Shown here: one piece after another, positions 1-12,303 of the stretch | How positions within the stretch are numbered: the stretch's first letter is position 1 | Layout of the letters: the number at the start of each line of letters is the position of its first letter | Source of the DNA: Camelus dromedarius | Taxonomy: Eukaryota | DNA length: 64,000 nt | Assembly (NCBI RefSeq): GCF_036321535.1 | Contig: NC_087436.1 | Span: forward strand, 45,074,001 to 45,138,000 | Direction of reading: 5' to 3' | Position numbers and translations under genes: made by a program | Notes under the pieces: generated by a model | The model's database searches: none | Told to the model about the DNA's origin: nothing | Seen by the model: only the letters and a program-made list of their open reading frames with translations

Positions 1-50
1 ATTTCCATTTTTGTGATAGTAGCCATCCTAATGGGTATGAGGTAGTGGTA
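1..50 (-). mobile_element. L1 ORF2 3' fragment
   Basis: tagccatcctaatgggtatgaggtag resembles the antisense L1 ORF2 C-terminal region. Confidence 0.5.
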
Positions 51-629
51 ATAAGTCAATGTTTATAGTATAAAAAAAAATTTGCAAATTGACAATCTTT
101 GCCGTTACCTAAGTACCCAAACTGACCATATCTCAGCAAATATCAGAACAGAATTTGATTTTACAAAGATTATTATTTTAGGCCTTAGCCTAATGTTCTA
201 AAATACTTTTTTTTTTTTTTTTTTTTTTTACTGTCTGGAGGAAAATGCTAAGAACAAGTAAAAGACAAATGGAAAAGATAATGAAAAAATAAACTTAGGA
301 ATCTTTAGGTGGTTTGAGACTGATAAACAGCCTTGTCAAAATTCTAAAGCTCCATTACCTAGGTTGACTTTTTGAAGGGTCAAGGTGAAATTTTCATAAT
401 TTTATATCAGGTTTTTTGAGTTTTTTCTTTCGTATTTTTATTTTGCAACAACCTGAGTACTGTTACTCAATTGCAAAAATTTGAATATTGCTGCTATTTT
501 AAGGATTATTTTTAATATTTTAGTAGGTGGTTATTTTCCTTTAAACGTGTATTGTCAAAAGTGTTGCATCCATGAGAGTGATCTTATTACATTCTAGGAC
601 CAGCTTTTTTCTCCCCAAGAGTAATAATC

Positions 630-2260
630 AATAATTGTATAATGCTAGTCAACAGAAAAACAGGATTCACTTAAGAGAATTTGTTTTTCAGTTAGCTTTG
701 CAGGGACACATTTATTCCATTGAGAATAGGGTACCTGCACNNNNNNNNNNNNNNNNNNNNNNNNNNNNNNNNNNNNNNNNNNNNNNNNNNNNNNNNNNNN
801 NNNNNNNNNNNNNNNNNNNNNNNNNNNNNNNNNNNNNNNNNNNNNNNNNNNNNNNNNNNNNNNNNNNNNNNNNNNNNNNNNNNNNNNNNNNNNNNNNNNN
901 NNNNNNNNNNNNNNNNNNNNNNNNNNNNNNNNNNNNTCTCATCATCCGTAATTCATTAGCATATAATGGAAATGCCATGCCAATCAAATTAAAGTTGCAT
1001 GTGATAAGAGCTCTTTGTTATTGATTGAAATTCCCCCCGACCCCTGCAACTGTTGTAACTGCATTTGATCGAAATAGGTTCTCTGCCTGCACCCGAATTA
1101 CTTTTATTCCCTTTCCCTTTCCAACGTGTCACATTCATACTCTGTACTTAAACAGCAACGGGCATCATTTCTCTGCCAGTCTGGCTTTTAGCTGCACGTT
1201 TTTGGTTTCCCCTCTTCGTCTCTTTGCGTTATTCATTCCTGGGCTACAGCAAAATATTGGAATGTGTAGCACATGGCAACAGAAAGAAAGGCTGTTCCTT
1301 CACAGAACTGATGTTGGGTGTCTTTAAGTGCTTTCCACTTTCAGAAACTGGCATAGCAAAAGGAAAGCTATTTGCATATGTACTAACCACTGTGTACCGT
1401 ACCCTATGGCATGATGCCACTACACTGAGGATAATCACCAAAAATCCATGTCCATGTTTTCAGAAAGGCATAAAAATATGATTTATATACATTTTTTGTT
1501 GTGCTTTTTTAAACAAGGGTTAAGTAACAAAATAAAACATGTCACATTTTGTTTATCCTTTTAGGCCTCACNNNNNNNNNNNNNNNNNNNNNNNNNNNNN
1601 NNNNNNNNNNNNNNNNNNNNNNNNNNNNNNNNNNNNNNNNNNNNNNNNNNNNNNNNNNNNNNNNNNNNNNNNNNNNNNNNNNNNNNNNNNNNNNNNNNNN
1701 NNNCTCCTCTTAACTNNNNNNNNNNNNNNNNNNNNNNNNNNNNNNNNNNNNNNNNNNNNNNNNNNNNNNNNNNNNNNNNNNNNNNNNNNNNNNNNNNNNN
1801 NNNNNNNNNNNNNNNNNNNNNNNNNNNNNNNNNNNNNNNNNNNNNNNNNNNNNNNNNNNNNNNNNNNNNNNNNNNNNNNNNNNNNNNNNNNNNNNNNNNN
1901 NNNNNNNNNNNNNNNNNNNNNNNNNNNNNNNNNNNNNNNNNNNNNNNNNNNNNNNNNNNNNNNNNNNNNNNNNNNNNNNNNNNNNNNNNNNTTTCACAAC
2001 AGGCTTGGTCACAGGAACTGTGGAGTTGAACTGTTGAGAGGCAGCAGAGGGTGTGGGCAGCTGAGGGCTCGGTCCCCGGGTGGCTCCCTCCTCATTTGCA
2101 TAGGCAGTTTGTTGGAAATCCAACAAATGGACAGAAAGACATGTCCCAACGCAAAAGCTCAGGGGTTGCCTATGTTTAAAAACAAATTGGACTGACTTGT
2201 TGAGTTTTGAATGGTGATTGTATCAGTTGTATCAGTAGTACTGTGAACTGGGGAGAACCC
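630..2260. promoter_or_regulatory. Putative conserved non-coding/enhancer cluster with N-masked cores (741-936, 1,572-1,703, 1,716-1,991)
   Basis: Repeat-free unique flanks. Octamer ATGCAAAT on the minus strand at 1,370-1,377 and 2,094-2,101; POU/homeodomain-like ATGCTAATGAATTA at 949-962. Conservation is inferred, not measured. Confidence 0.5.
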
Positions 2261-2769
2261 ACCCCTGCGCTAGCTTGGTTTTATTTTTTATTTTGTTTTT
2301 AAGTTGGCAAGAAAGCAAGACTACTGAGAACTGATACCAGTGAAAAACGTTAACAGTGAGAGAAATTAGAGTAGTAAGAACTAATAAAAGCAAAATACAG
2401 AACAAGGTCTGGTAAGGAGCCCAAGAGGAGTCGACCTGGCCGGATGCCAGTCCTTATTGATTGGAGGCATGGAATTCATTAAGGAGGGAGCACATCGTGT
2501 CTTCTAGGAACTCCAGCGTGCAGCACGGTGGGAAGGAAGGGAGCGAGCCCATCTGTGTATACTCTAAGAGCAGAGTATTAATTTCAAGTAGTCTTGTTAA
2601 CATGCTTTTTGAGGCTGCTTAGGGAAAAAAAAATAGTGAAAATGTTACAACTACACAAATGTGCATCTTTCATGCCCAACATTCTCTAATAGGCATGTGT
2701 ATGACTCCTTGCATTGGGTTTCTCATCCTGAATCTTTTTTCCCCCAGCTGCATTGAGGTCTAACTGATG

Positions 2770-3035
2770 GACAAAATTCTAAGATATTTAAAGTGTACAA
2801 TATGATGATCTAACAGCCGTATGCAAAAGGACTCCCCCTGCATCAAGTTCATTAACACATCCATCACTTCACGCAGTCATCTTTTTTTTTTTTTTTTTTT
2901 TGGTGAGAACATTCAAGTTCTCCTCCCTTAGCAAATTTTAATTATACAATACAGTGTTATATATACAATACAGTGTTATATATACAATACAATATCAACT
3001 ATAGTCACCAGCTACACCTCAGATCCTCAAACTTC
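2770..3035 (-). mobile_element. L1MA-type 3' UTR fragment with internal ~20-bp tandem duplication (2,943-2,995)
   Basis: aaagtgtacaatatgatg...ttaacacatccatcac...ggtgagaacattcaagttct; the unit tatacaatacagtgttata is repeated. Confidence 0.7.
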
Positions 3036-3469
3036 CAGTTATGAAGTTACTTATAAATGAGCAGGTTAGCCTATAATCTGAGTGAGTCTGAGAGGGAGAT
3101 CTCCCATTAAGCTGGGGAGAGGGTCACAAAGCAAAAAGGAAATCTACAAGGGACCAGATACAAATCAAATCTGAAGCATGTGATTTTTCTATAAATCCAG
3201 GTAAGGTTTATTCCAGAGATAAGATTCTCTCATGGGAAAAGGAAGACCACCAGGTGCAACCAACACGTATCAGTGAGAGCTCTTGGATGAAGTTTAATCT
3301 GTGAGAAGTTGGGCCCGGTGTCATTAAAAGATATATCCGTGCTTCCTCTCACAGGCTCTAATCAACATGCGCTTCTTCAGAAGAGAACGCCCCATGGTGA
3401 TCTCACATGAGCTGTTGTCTGTGGTTTCTCAGGCCTGTTCAGCTTTGCAATCAAACAATAATACCAATA

Positions 3470-3690
3470 ATAACAGCTACCAATTATGAAATGTCAACCA
3501 CTATGTGCTTTACAGAATTATCCCTAATTCCCCAAACCATTCTCTAATCTGGGTATTATCTCCATTTTTACAAGTGAAACCTGGGGCTCAGAGAGGTTAA
3601 GTAACACATTCAAAATCACAAAGCTATAAGTTAGCATGGAGCCAAAAATCCACATCCAGGGCTGCCTAACCCCAAAGGCCAAGCACTATT
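3470..3690 (-). mobile_element. MIR SINE
   Basis: Core ccattttacaagtgaaacctggggctcagagaggttaagtaac. Confidence 0.8.
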
Positions 3691-4349
3691 TACTGCCTCC
3701 TGCTTCAGTGAGACACCTTCATCTCATTCTCCAGACAACAAGAGCAAACGCAGGACGTCTCTGGGGTACCAGACCCTCTGAGCACCCCTTCCCACATCTC
3801 TGTTTTGCAAAGATCTCTTGTTTTTCCTTAAGTAAAGGCAAAGGGCAGCCTTTCTCTTTACAACCTTCCATAAAATAAGATTAATCTAACCTCACAGGAT
3901 TTATAACTCTGATTTAAGGGATGGGACCAAAGTCCAAATACAGATGTGGAAATGATTATTCTTACACCTATTGTGTGTGAGGAGATCTCTACGCAATCAC
4001 ACAAAGTGAAGGTTCCATCTGCTTCTGTGACTTAAGCCATCCCATCTTTCATGTAGATCTTCCTGGTTTACCACCGTAATTCCCAGTGAGAAGGCATATA
4101 GCTGCGTGCACGTGCACACACACATACTCACACACACTTCCTAAGTTTATCTGTCTATTGGTCCTTTTTCCTTCCAAATGCATGACACTGGAGGATTTAG
4201 AATATTAGTGGTCCTCAATAACTATTTATTATCATTAATTAGCTGAATGCCTCAAGAAAGCCTAATGAAAAGGAAAAAAGGAGTTTGGTTTAAGAAAACA
4301 TATGATTAGGCCTCCCTGCTGACATCCTCTGTTTGATTACAGAACTTGC

Positions 4350-4410
4350 CTTTTCGACTCGCTGAGCAACTGCATTCTCCTTGCGACGTTTCCTTTATCC
4401 AAACTGATCT
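4350..4410 (-). pseudogene. Exon, phase 1 to 2, open, GC donor
   Basis: ctcttgaacacag|...AG|gcaagt, 61 nt. Reads (E)ISLDKGNVARRMQLLSESK; preceded by an 84-nt intron with a ttctaac branch-like motif. Confidence 0.55.
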
Positions 4411-4494
4411 CTGTGTTCAAGAGAAAGGCTGTTAGAAGAAATCAGTATCAATTAGAATTAAACCGGAATTCCCCACATTGTATCAAATTCAAAC

Positions 4495-4746
4495 CATGTG
4501 ACTTCATCTTTAAATTGTCTTCCTTGGGAGTTTTTCTCCTTCCTTCATTGTTTAGGCAGTTATTTCTCCCCAGACCTTTTAGTTCCTCGTCTCCAGCTTA
4601 GTTAGGATGGGGAGGGCTGTTAAGAGCTGTTCTGGTGTCCTGGGATTTGTATTTAGAAGATTCCCTTTCACTAGTTGATAGCCTCAGAGCTGCAACGGCT
4701 GTTACACACCACTCATCACCAGCAGTGTCAGAAGTTGTATCAGCAT
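4495..4746 (-). pseudogene. Exon, phase 1 to 1, one TAA; low-complexity S/T/E/K linker
   Basis: ctttctttttgaag|...|gtttga, 252 nt. Reads (D)ADTTSDTAGDEWCVTAVAALRLSTSERESSKYKSQDTRTALNSPPHPN*AGDEELKGLGRNNCLNNEGRRKTPKEDNLKMKSH. Confidence 0.65.
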
Positions 4747-5883
4747 CTTCAAAAAGAAAGTCAGTACATTTTCAGTTAAAAATAACCATATTCTAAGCTT
4801 ACCTATGTTCCCTGCACCACTTTTTAAAGATGAAGTGAAACTATCTTTTGAACTCGTGTTTGACATGCTCCGTAATTCCTATCAGGTGTAAAACACCTTT
4901 GTTTTATTTCAAGAAGCCAGCGGCTCCCTAGGAATGGTCCAGAGCAGAAAGGTCTTAAGATTTGGCTTGGCTAGCATCCCGAACTGTTTTTCTAACCCCT
5001 GATAGATCTTTCACCAGGAGAATATGCATCAAGCCACATTTACCTTAGTAGAGTGGCTGTTTGGTTTGCTTAAAACAATAGCGTTTCAGTTTATGGAATA
5101 AAGTGCAGCAGAAGAAAAACACCAACACTTAGAACAATTATGGTAAATATAAGGAGAGTTTTCTGGTACAGATATTACATGATGCCAGGGTCTCTTCTAG
5201 ATATAATAGTGTCAAGGGGGGTTAGGGAGAATAGAGAAACTTCTGATTTGTTCTTGAGGCTATAAAAATTATGTATGGGGCCTCTGAGAATTGACTTGAT
5301 TTCCAAAGATCTAAAGGGCAGAGGAAGAAGTGATGATAGCCTTTTTATAGAAGCAAACTTTCAGTACTGAGTGACGATATGGGGGGTAGAACAAAGTATG
5401 GTTTTAATTCTGCCCTGGACCAAACTCTGAATAAAGTGGCATGGCTCACTGCCAGCACATATTCTTCTGCTCAGAAGGTCCACTGAGTCTGTACCAGAGA
5501 GGGCTCTGACCCGAGATTTCTAAACAAGTGGGTCAAGATGAAATGTATCAAATATCTCATATAAATTAAAAAACTGATTGTGATCCTTCTGGAAGAAAAC
5601 ACCTGGAATATCTTTTCCTAATTTTTCTTCAAACCTTATTTTACACACTTTATTTCAAAGAAATGTGTGCAATAACTCTACAGTCTTGCCCAATGAACCT
5701 AGAAGTGCTCTCACCTTTATATTTGTACATCTCATTAATGTAAAGTAAATGTCAGCTCCTTTAGAAATTTTAGATGGGTGTATAAGAAATGGAGTATTAT
5801 TTGGAAGCGGTTTATAAATTCTATTTATAGTTACCCAGTTGAACTAACAGACCTCAGCAAATGAATCATGTTATCATCATCAC

Positions 5884-6046
5884 CCGATGACTCTAAGAGT
5901 GAGTGTTTTGAGTGGATTTGTATCAAGTCGTTAATGAGAGCTAGAGCGGTGGCTTATTTCACTGGATTTTCACTTCTTGAGACATGGAATCATGTGCTGA
6001 ATACATCAAGTGCAAATGGCTTCATCTCAGCCTCCGATGATCAACA
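5884..6046 (-). pseudogene. Exon, phase 0 to 1, three stops
   Basis: tactttctag|...|gtgatg, 163 nt. Reads C*SSEAEMKPFALDVFST*FHVSRSENPVK*ATALALINDLIQIHSKHSLLESS; the junction gives LLESSDADTTSD ~ GREB1L ALESDAEKLSSTD. Confidence 0.5.
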
Positions 6047-6999
6047 CTAGAAAGTAGCTGCGTATCTAATCCAATCAGCATGGCCACCTACAAGCCCAGA
6101 GTAGAAGGAAGGCTACTGACCAGATTTGAAGGGCATCCATGTGGAAAGGATTCAGAACCTTTTCACCCATGTGAGAAGAACGCATCAGGAGACAAAACAC
6201 GTAGTCATATCTCAGGCTCAGAGTTGCCTGGCCGGTCACCAGCTCTCTCAAGGCTGTCTCTCCCAGAAGTAGTCTCTGGGATTGTCTGCTGTTCTTACAG
6301 GGCTTTGTGAAGGTTTACAAACTGCAGGGCAGGCACAACTCTGACACCGGCAGGCAGTTTCTGTCCTCATGGCATTTGTAAGTCAAGAGGCCTAAGAGGA
6401 AGCATCAGAACTCCCCCTAAACCAGCAAACAAAGGAGGAGGAATAAGACAACTTCCCAAACCACCCACCACAGTGAGAAGCAGCTATGCAGTGTCACTTG
6501 CTCAAGTTCTTCCTCGAAGGGAACCCAGGTTCAGAATAAAATGTGGTCATCATCAGAGAACAGTAAATAGTACGGGAAAGGGAAAAAGAAATCCTTGCAC
6601 CTGATTGACTTTTCCTCCTCTTGAGTACTCACTACATTGCCACCTGCAATCAAAATGATAAATGAATCAAAATGATAAAATTTGCCAAGGGCTTAGTGCT
6701 TACCACATAAGAAGCTCTCGAAAAATGTTGGCTCTTAGGCGTTGTCTGTAAGACAATCAGAGGGAGCCTAGTGGTAGAGAGCGTTGTCCACAAAGGGAGG
6801 ACATCCATGTTTTTCAACACATGTGAAATTAAATTCTAGCACAACTGGTCCAAACTGAGACCCTCCTAGAGATATGTGGAGTCCTGAAAATACCTTTACG
6901 GCATAACAAGGACTTGCTGGGACTGTATAAGAAAGGATTAAGAACATTTGTTTATTGTTTAAAAGACTGCCCTATGGGGGCCGAGAATGAGCAGCGAGG

Positions 7000-7760
7000 C
7001 TTCTGGGCTTGGCTGGTCTTCCCCAAATTTGGGGGTTGTTTAATGTAAGTCATTTCGGATTTTAAGCTGGCTNNNNNNNNNNNNNNNNNNNNNNNNNNNN
7101 NNNNNNNNNNNNNNNNNNNNNNNNNNNNNNNNNNNNNNNNNNNNNNNNNNNNNNNNNNNNNNNNNNNNNNNNNNNNNNNNNNNNNNNNNNNNNNNNNNNN
7201 NNNNNNNNNNNNNNNNNNNNNNNNNNNNNNNNNNNNNNNNNNNNNNNNNNNNNNNNNNNNNNNNNNNNNNNNNNNNNNNNNNNNNNNNNNNNNNNNNNNN
7301 NNNNNNNNNNNNNNNNNNNNNNNNNNNNNNNNNNNNNNNNNNNNNNNNNNNNNNNNNNNNNNNNNNNNNNNNNNNNNNNNNNNNNNNNNNNNNNNNNNNN
7401 NNNNNNNNNNNNNNNNNNNNNNNNNNNNNNNNNNNNNNNNNNNNNNNNNNNNNNNNNNNNNNNNNNNNNNNNNNNNNNNNNNNNNNNNNNNNNNNNNNNN
7501 GGGGGGTGGGGGGAAGCCGTGTCTTTCTTCTGCAATTTTCTAGCTCAGCGAAGTGCACAATGATAGCGCAGCACAGGCCAGGGGAAAGAAAGAGGTGCTT
7601 AAACTTCAGAGGATTTTTCACTGGGTGTGTTGTTGGTAAGAGCCCTAGAAAAGGAAAAAATGATGTAAATCCACTGAGTTTTCCCTTTGATACTGCCCTC
7701 CTAAAATCCCAGACCATCATGCTGACCACTACCCTGGTTACGGAGGGCAATAGTCTCAAT
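7000..7760. promoter_or_regulatory. Putative conserved non-coding element with N-masked core (7,073-7,500)
   Basis: 428-nt N block in unique, non-repeat intronic context. Confidence 0.4.
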
Positions 7761-9583
7761 CCAGCTGGTTAAAAGATACCTAGGGATGTGGTTCTCGGCC
7801 GGGGGTATAGATTAGTATGCTAATGTCATTCTAAGGGTAGCATTGTTAAATAAGCCCAAGATATCTCTGGAATCAGACAGAACACACTCTGCCAGCCCCG
7901 TGTATCATTTAGGATTATGCACGGACTGTTAAGAATACAGAACAATTGCTTCACATTTCTCTGCGCTGGTGTCATCTCCCCTTCGTATCTGAGAACAACA
8001 CCCATATCTTGTCCTCGGCTACTGACATTTGTCGTAAATTCCAATTGACCCTGTGCCAGAAGAGCTTCAGGATGGTTTTTTTTCTAATCTTTTCACAGTC
8101 TTCAGTGTGGAATGATTCATTTTGGAAGTATTTGGGGCCCATCACTGTGCTAGATATTATAGGAAATGTACGTGAAGCAGGAAAGTCAGTCCCTACATGG
8201 GGAATCAAAGGATATTTTCATGACATAAGGAGACAGTCTGGAAGACAATGAAAGCTTGCTGGTATGAACTGATTTCATCAGGGCTGAAGAGGTAAAAGGG
8301 AAAAATAAGACAATGATATCCGTGCAGTTTAATCATCAAAGACTTTATGTAGAATATAAATTTGGAACTGTGTTTTGCAGAAAATGTGGGATTTGGATGA
8401 GAAAAAGTATTTCAGATAAAAAAAAAAACAAGCAGAAGAGAAAGCATGATAAGAAAGAAGGCCATGAGGAGAGACCCAAAGTGTGCTGATGTGGGGACTC
8501 CGGCTTCTTTCCCACAGCAGAGAAGAGGTGAAGCCGGGGTTGCACTGGTTCATCCCCCAGATTTTACAGGTAGAAACATTGATTCAAAACCTAACATTGA
8601 CAAGTAATTCTCCAAAAACTGACTTCAGCCAGTGTTGACAAGTCAGTACCGTAGCACTGAACAAAGGCAACAAAAGCTAGCCCAGGAGTAGTAGTCACTC
8701 AAGCCCTGGTCCTGCCAGAAGTGTCTGATGTGTAGGAACACGTCTCCAGTTCTTCTCTGGCACCGTTAAATCAGTATTTCTCAGCAGATGCAAACATCTC
8801 TTTAGCCCAGCTTCGCCACCTAGACACCTTCATTTCTTCTCTCCTGTTTTTCTCCCACTCCCCCCTCCCATTCATATGCAAAGGATGCAGTGGAGAGCAC
8901 TTTCAGAATTTTTTTTTTCTATCTCAAAGCAATACTATTTCTAATTTGCCAGGTGAACACTAGCCTGATAATACCTGGGCCTCAGTTTGCCGAACAATAA
9001 TACCTAAAAGCCAGTGTGCTGTGAGGGACAAATTCATGTAATTAAAAAACATTTTGCCTGATTTCAATGGATAGACTGTCATGCAGAAAATGACAAACAC
9101 GACCGTAACACAAAATAAGCCGGTGCTTTCATTGCTATACACTTAACTTGATGTAGGAATGCAATTTGTATCTTAGGTAGGGAAAAAAAAAAAAACCCAT
9201 CTAAATACAAGTTCCAAGAGAGAAGTGAAACTTCACCCACTCTTAATCCCAAGAAAAACTACATTACTTAGGACAACCCATTGTCCAGCCAATCACTCCC
9301 CTGCGATAATCCTTCCCACCTACTGAGTACCAGTCACAAGGGTGAGGAAATTTAAGATGAGTTTATTATTATAGTTCCCAACATTCAAAACTGGGAGCTA
9401 TTTAAACATAGTGGATGTTTAAAAGTAAAGAGTGTTAACACAAACCATATTAATATATTTAAATACAATCTCTGCAGAATCAACTAACTCTTATAAACGA
9501 TTGATTCTTTTTATCACAGTTACGGTATCTAGCGGTAGAAATAAACCCACACATCACTCTCTATTACTGTGCTTAAAACTTAC

Positions 9584-9658
9584 CAATCCAGCTGTTTACA
9601 AATGGGATTCAAAAGGAAAGGATTCATTCAGTTCGTTTAGGAAATGCTTTGAGAGCTC
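9584..9658 (-). pseudogene. Exon, phase 0 to 0, one TAA
   Basis: cctttcttcag|...|gtaagt, 75 nt. Reads ELSKHFLNELNESFPFESHL*TAGL; compare GREB1L ELGLAAYFVSNEVP. Confidence 0.7.
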
Positions 9659-10129
9659 CTGAAGAAAGGACAGACGTGCAAAGATTCTACGTTTTCACGG
9701 GTGACTCTCCTGGATTTAAACACTGCAGTGGAGAACTGAGGAACCGTCATCTTCTTTTTCACTCTGTCTACAACCCTGACGAGCTACCTCCGTGAACTCG
9801 GGCAAGTTCTTAAGTGTTCAGAGCTCATTACTTATGACCTAATAAACAAAAAGGTGTGAGAACCAGAGTAAAAATTGGAGCTTCATGTCAATCTGAGAGA
9901 TTTTGCTCAGGAATGGATCAGATTAAGGCAAGCTCTTACCAAACAAAGATAATGCAGAAAGGAAATCATATAATTATAGAATTTTAAAGCCAGAAACAAC
10001 CTCAGAGCTTATCGAGTCCCACCTGCTCATTGTGCAAATGACGGACATGAAATCTGGAAAGAATAAATAAGATGCCCAAGGCCGCCAGCCAAGTTGTACG
10101 GCCATGATGGGAACCCAGAAACTGAAGCA

Positions 10130-10130
<1 letters not shown>

Positions 10131-10163
<33 letters not shown>

Positions 10164-10172
10164 CACACACAC
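10131..10172. repeat. (CA)n microsatellite
   Basis: Directly visible. Confidence 0.95.
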
Positions 10173-10719
10173 CAGTTAAAATGCTTAGAAGAAAGATTTT
10201 TTCATATATAGATGATGTTTGCACAACAGGAAAGTTACTGGCAAAATAATACAATATAATAAAGCATTTTTCTCTCTTGATTTCCCTCAAAGAGATGTGT
10301 TGCTGTAAACGTGGTTTCAATCCCAAGGCAAACAAAATAAAGCTTGTTCCTAGTGGCATGTGAGTCTCTAGCCCTCATGCTGTCTGTGGAGAATCAAAAG
10401 AAAAGGATAAAGGAAGAAGCTCAAAAAAGAAAAAAAGAAAATCATCACCATGATAACGGTGACCCAGCCCAGAGGCAAAATCACATAAACAGAACTTTAT
10501 TGTATAATGGATGAAATACATTCCCAATTTACTAATTTTGTCTTGTAACAATTAACATATAATTGTTAAGAAAGGGGACACCTGTACTTGTTACAATTAT
10601 TCAGTGTGTTGCTGCTATAATTTATGTTCTTTCACGCTCCCTCGTAATTAATATTACTCATATTTTGTGCTCTTAGTGAAGAAGAGATCCTGGGTCTGCC
10701 TGAAGCTCTGTGTTTATTT

Positions 10720-11880
10720 GGAATTATTGACATTTCCTCTCAGTCCACCATGTTGACAAATCTCTCTGTCCTAAAATAATGTCCCATCTCGTTCTTTTTG
10801 CCTCTTTCTCCTCCTCTAGCTTTTCCTAACCAATCCCTGAGTGGAGTAATCTACTTTGGTAGTCTCTCCTTTTTCCTATTCACTCTTCCACATACTATAG
10901 TATCACTTTCAGGGCTTCGGTGGGGCTCTTTTGAATCTATTTCACAACAACTGACAGATCACCAAATGCACAGACTCTTCTCAGTTCTCGTTCTCCTGGG
11001 TAGTGTCTGGCGTCCGTCTTCATCTGGGTCCTTCCCGTGGGTCTCTCAATGCCACTTTCTTCCAGTCTTAGAAACATCTTCTCAATCTCTTGCTGGGTCC
11101 TCCTCTACCTTTGGTCCCTCCACTCAGTCAATAACAATCTCATCCACTCTCTGGGTTTCATCGGTACCAAAGGGTCTCAAAGTTCATTGATTTACTGCCA
11201 GGAGATAGTAAGCAATGTCTGGAGGCATTTTGAGTTGTCACAACTGCAGGAGCTGTTGGCTACTGGCACCTAGTGTGTCAAACACAGGAATGCTTTTAAA
11301 CATCCTACAGTGCACAGGGCAGCCTTCTGAAACGAGAAATGAGCCAGGCCGAATGTCAATGGTGAGAGTGCAAGAAACCTTGATCTACACCTACCTGTTT
11401 ATAGGCTAATGGTTCTTATATAATTATCCACAGTCCACATCCCTCAACCCTACATCCTTAAATGTCATGTCTATTTTTAGTACATCTTTCCATATGTGTC
11501 CAGTAATCATCATTATTTGCCTCCAGTCCTTCTCATTTTATAGTCTCTCTCCCAGGTAAGGACCTCACGCACTCCAAACTCAAGTTAGAAATCTTGGGAT
11601 CATTTTCCAGTCCCTTCCCACCACCCTATGCAACTTAAATGTCACCACGATCTGTTTTATTTTAATCCAAAAACCTAACCCCCTGGGTGATCTGGTTGAT
11701 GACAGCCTCTCCCCATTGCACTCAATTCTTTATACCACAGCAGTCAGCATCCTACCACCAAAATTCATCATGTCCTTCTTTCACTTGAAACTTGTTCATG
11801 TCTTTCACTGCCTACAGGAGGAATTCTTAACCTGAATTCCAGGCCTGCAGGGAAGACATGGGATGGGACTAGAGGGGATT
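10720..11880 (+). mobile_element. L2 fragments interrupted by MER20
   Basis: Pyrimidine-rich degenerate sequence typical of L2 ORF2/3' region. Confidence 0.55.
11190..11380 (+). mobile_element. MER20 (hAT-Charlie)
   Basis: gcaatgtctggaggcattttgagttgtcacaact...aaacatcctacagtgcacagggcagcc...aatgtcaatggtg...gaaacc. Confidence 0.85.
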
Positions 11881-11964
11881 TCCACACACCACACAATAGT
11901 ATATCTAAATTAAACGTGCAGCAGATTTTTCTGAAAAGCACATTAGTAGCTTTTATTTGATTCC

Positions 11965-12303
11965 TATGGCAATGAATCTCAAACTTCAGCAAACTTTAAA
12001 ATCTCCTGGAGAGCTTGTTAAAACAGATTGCTGGGCCCCCTCGCGGTTTTAAATTTAGTAGTCTGGCTTTGGGGCGGAGAATTTGTATGTCTAAGTTCCC
12101 AGCTGATACCAGTGCTGCTAATTCTGGGATCACACTTTGAGAAACACCTTTTTACACTGAAAGCATCTAAGGATTTTATAAGAATATGGAGGCCTGAGTC
12201 TCATTTCTAGAGGTTCTAGGGGGTGTGGCCTGGGCTTCTGGATTATTTTTTAATCTCCCTAGGTAATTCTAATGTGCAGTAAAGTTTGAAAAACCATTGC
12301 TCT
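11965..12303. mobile_element. MER5A followed by a MER5-type element (hAT-Charlie)
   Basis: tctcaaactt...ggagagcttgttaaaacagattgctgggcccc...cacactttgagaaacac, then ...gtaattctaatgtgcagtaaagtttgaaaaaccattg. Confidence 0.8.

Noticed and set aside
635-2195. ORFs spanning N blocks (also 7,040-7,759; 44,063-45,379; 47,886-48,359; 50,555-50,767)
   Set aside because: They are open only because Ns contain no stops; flanking residues resemble no protein I recognise.
7826-8240. Two overlapping minus-strand ORFs behind a good acceptor
   Set aside because: No clear donor or phase fit and no GREB1-like motif; the 6,046-5,884 exon fills the required phase 0-to-1 slot better. Not fully excluded.
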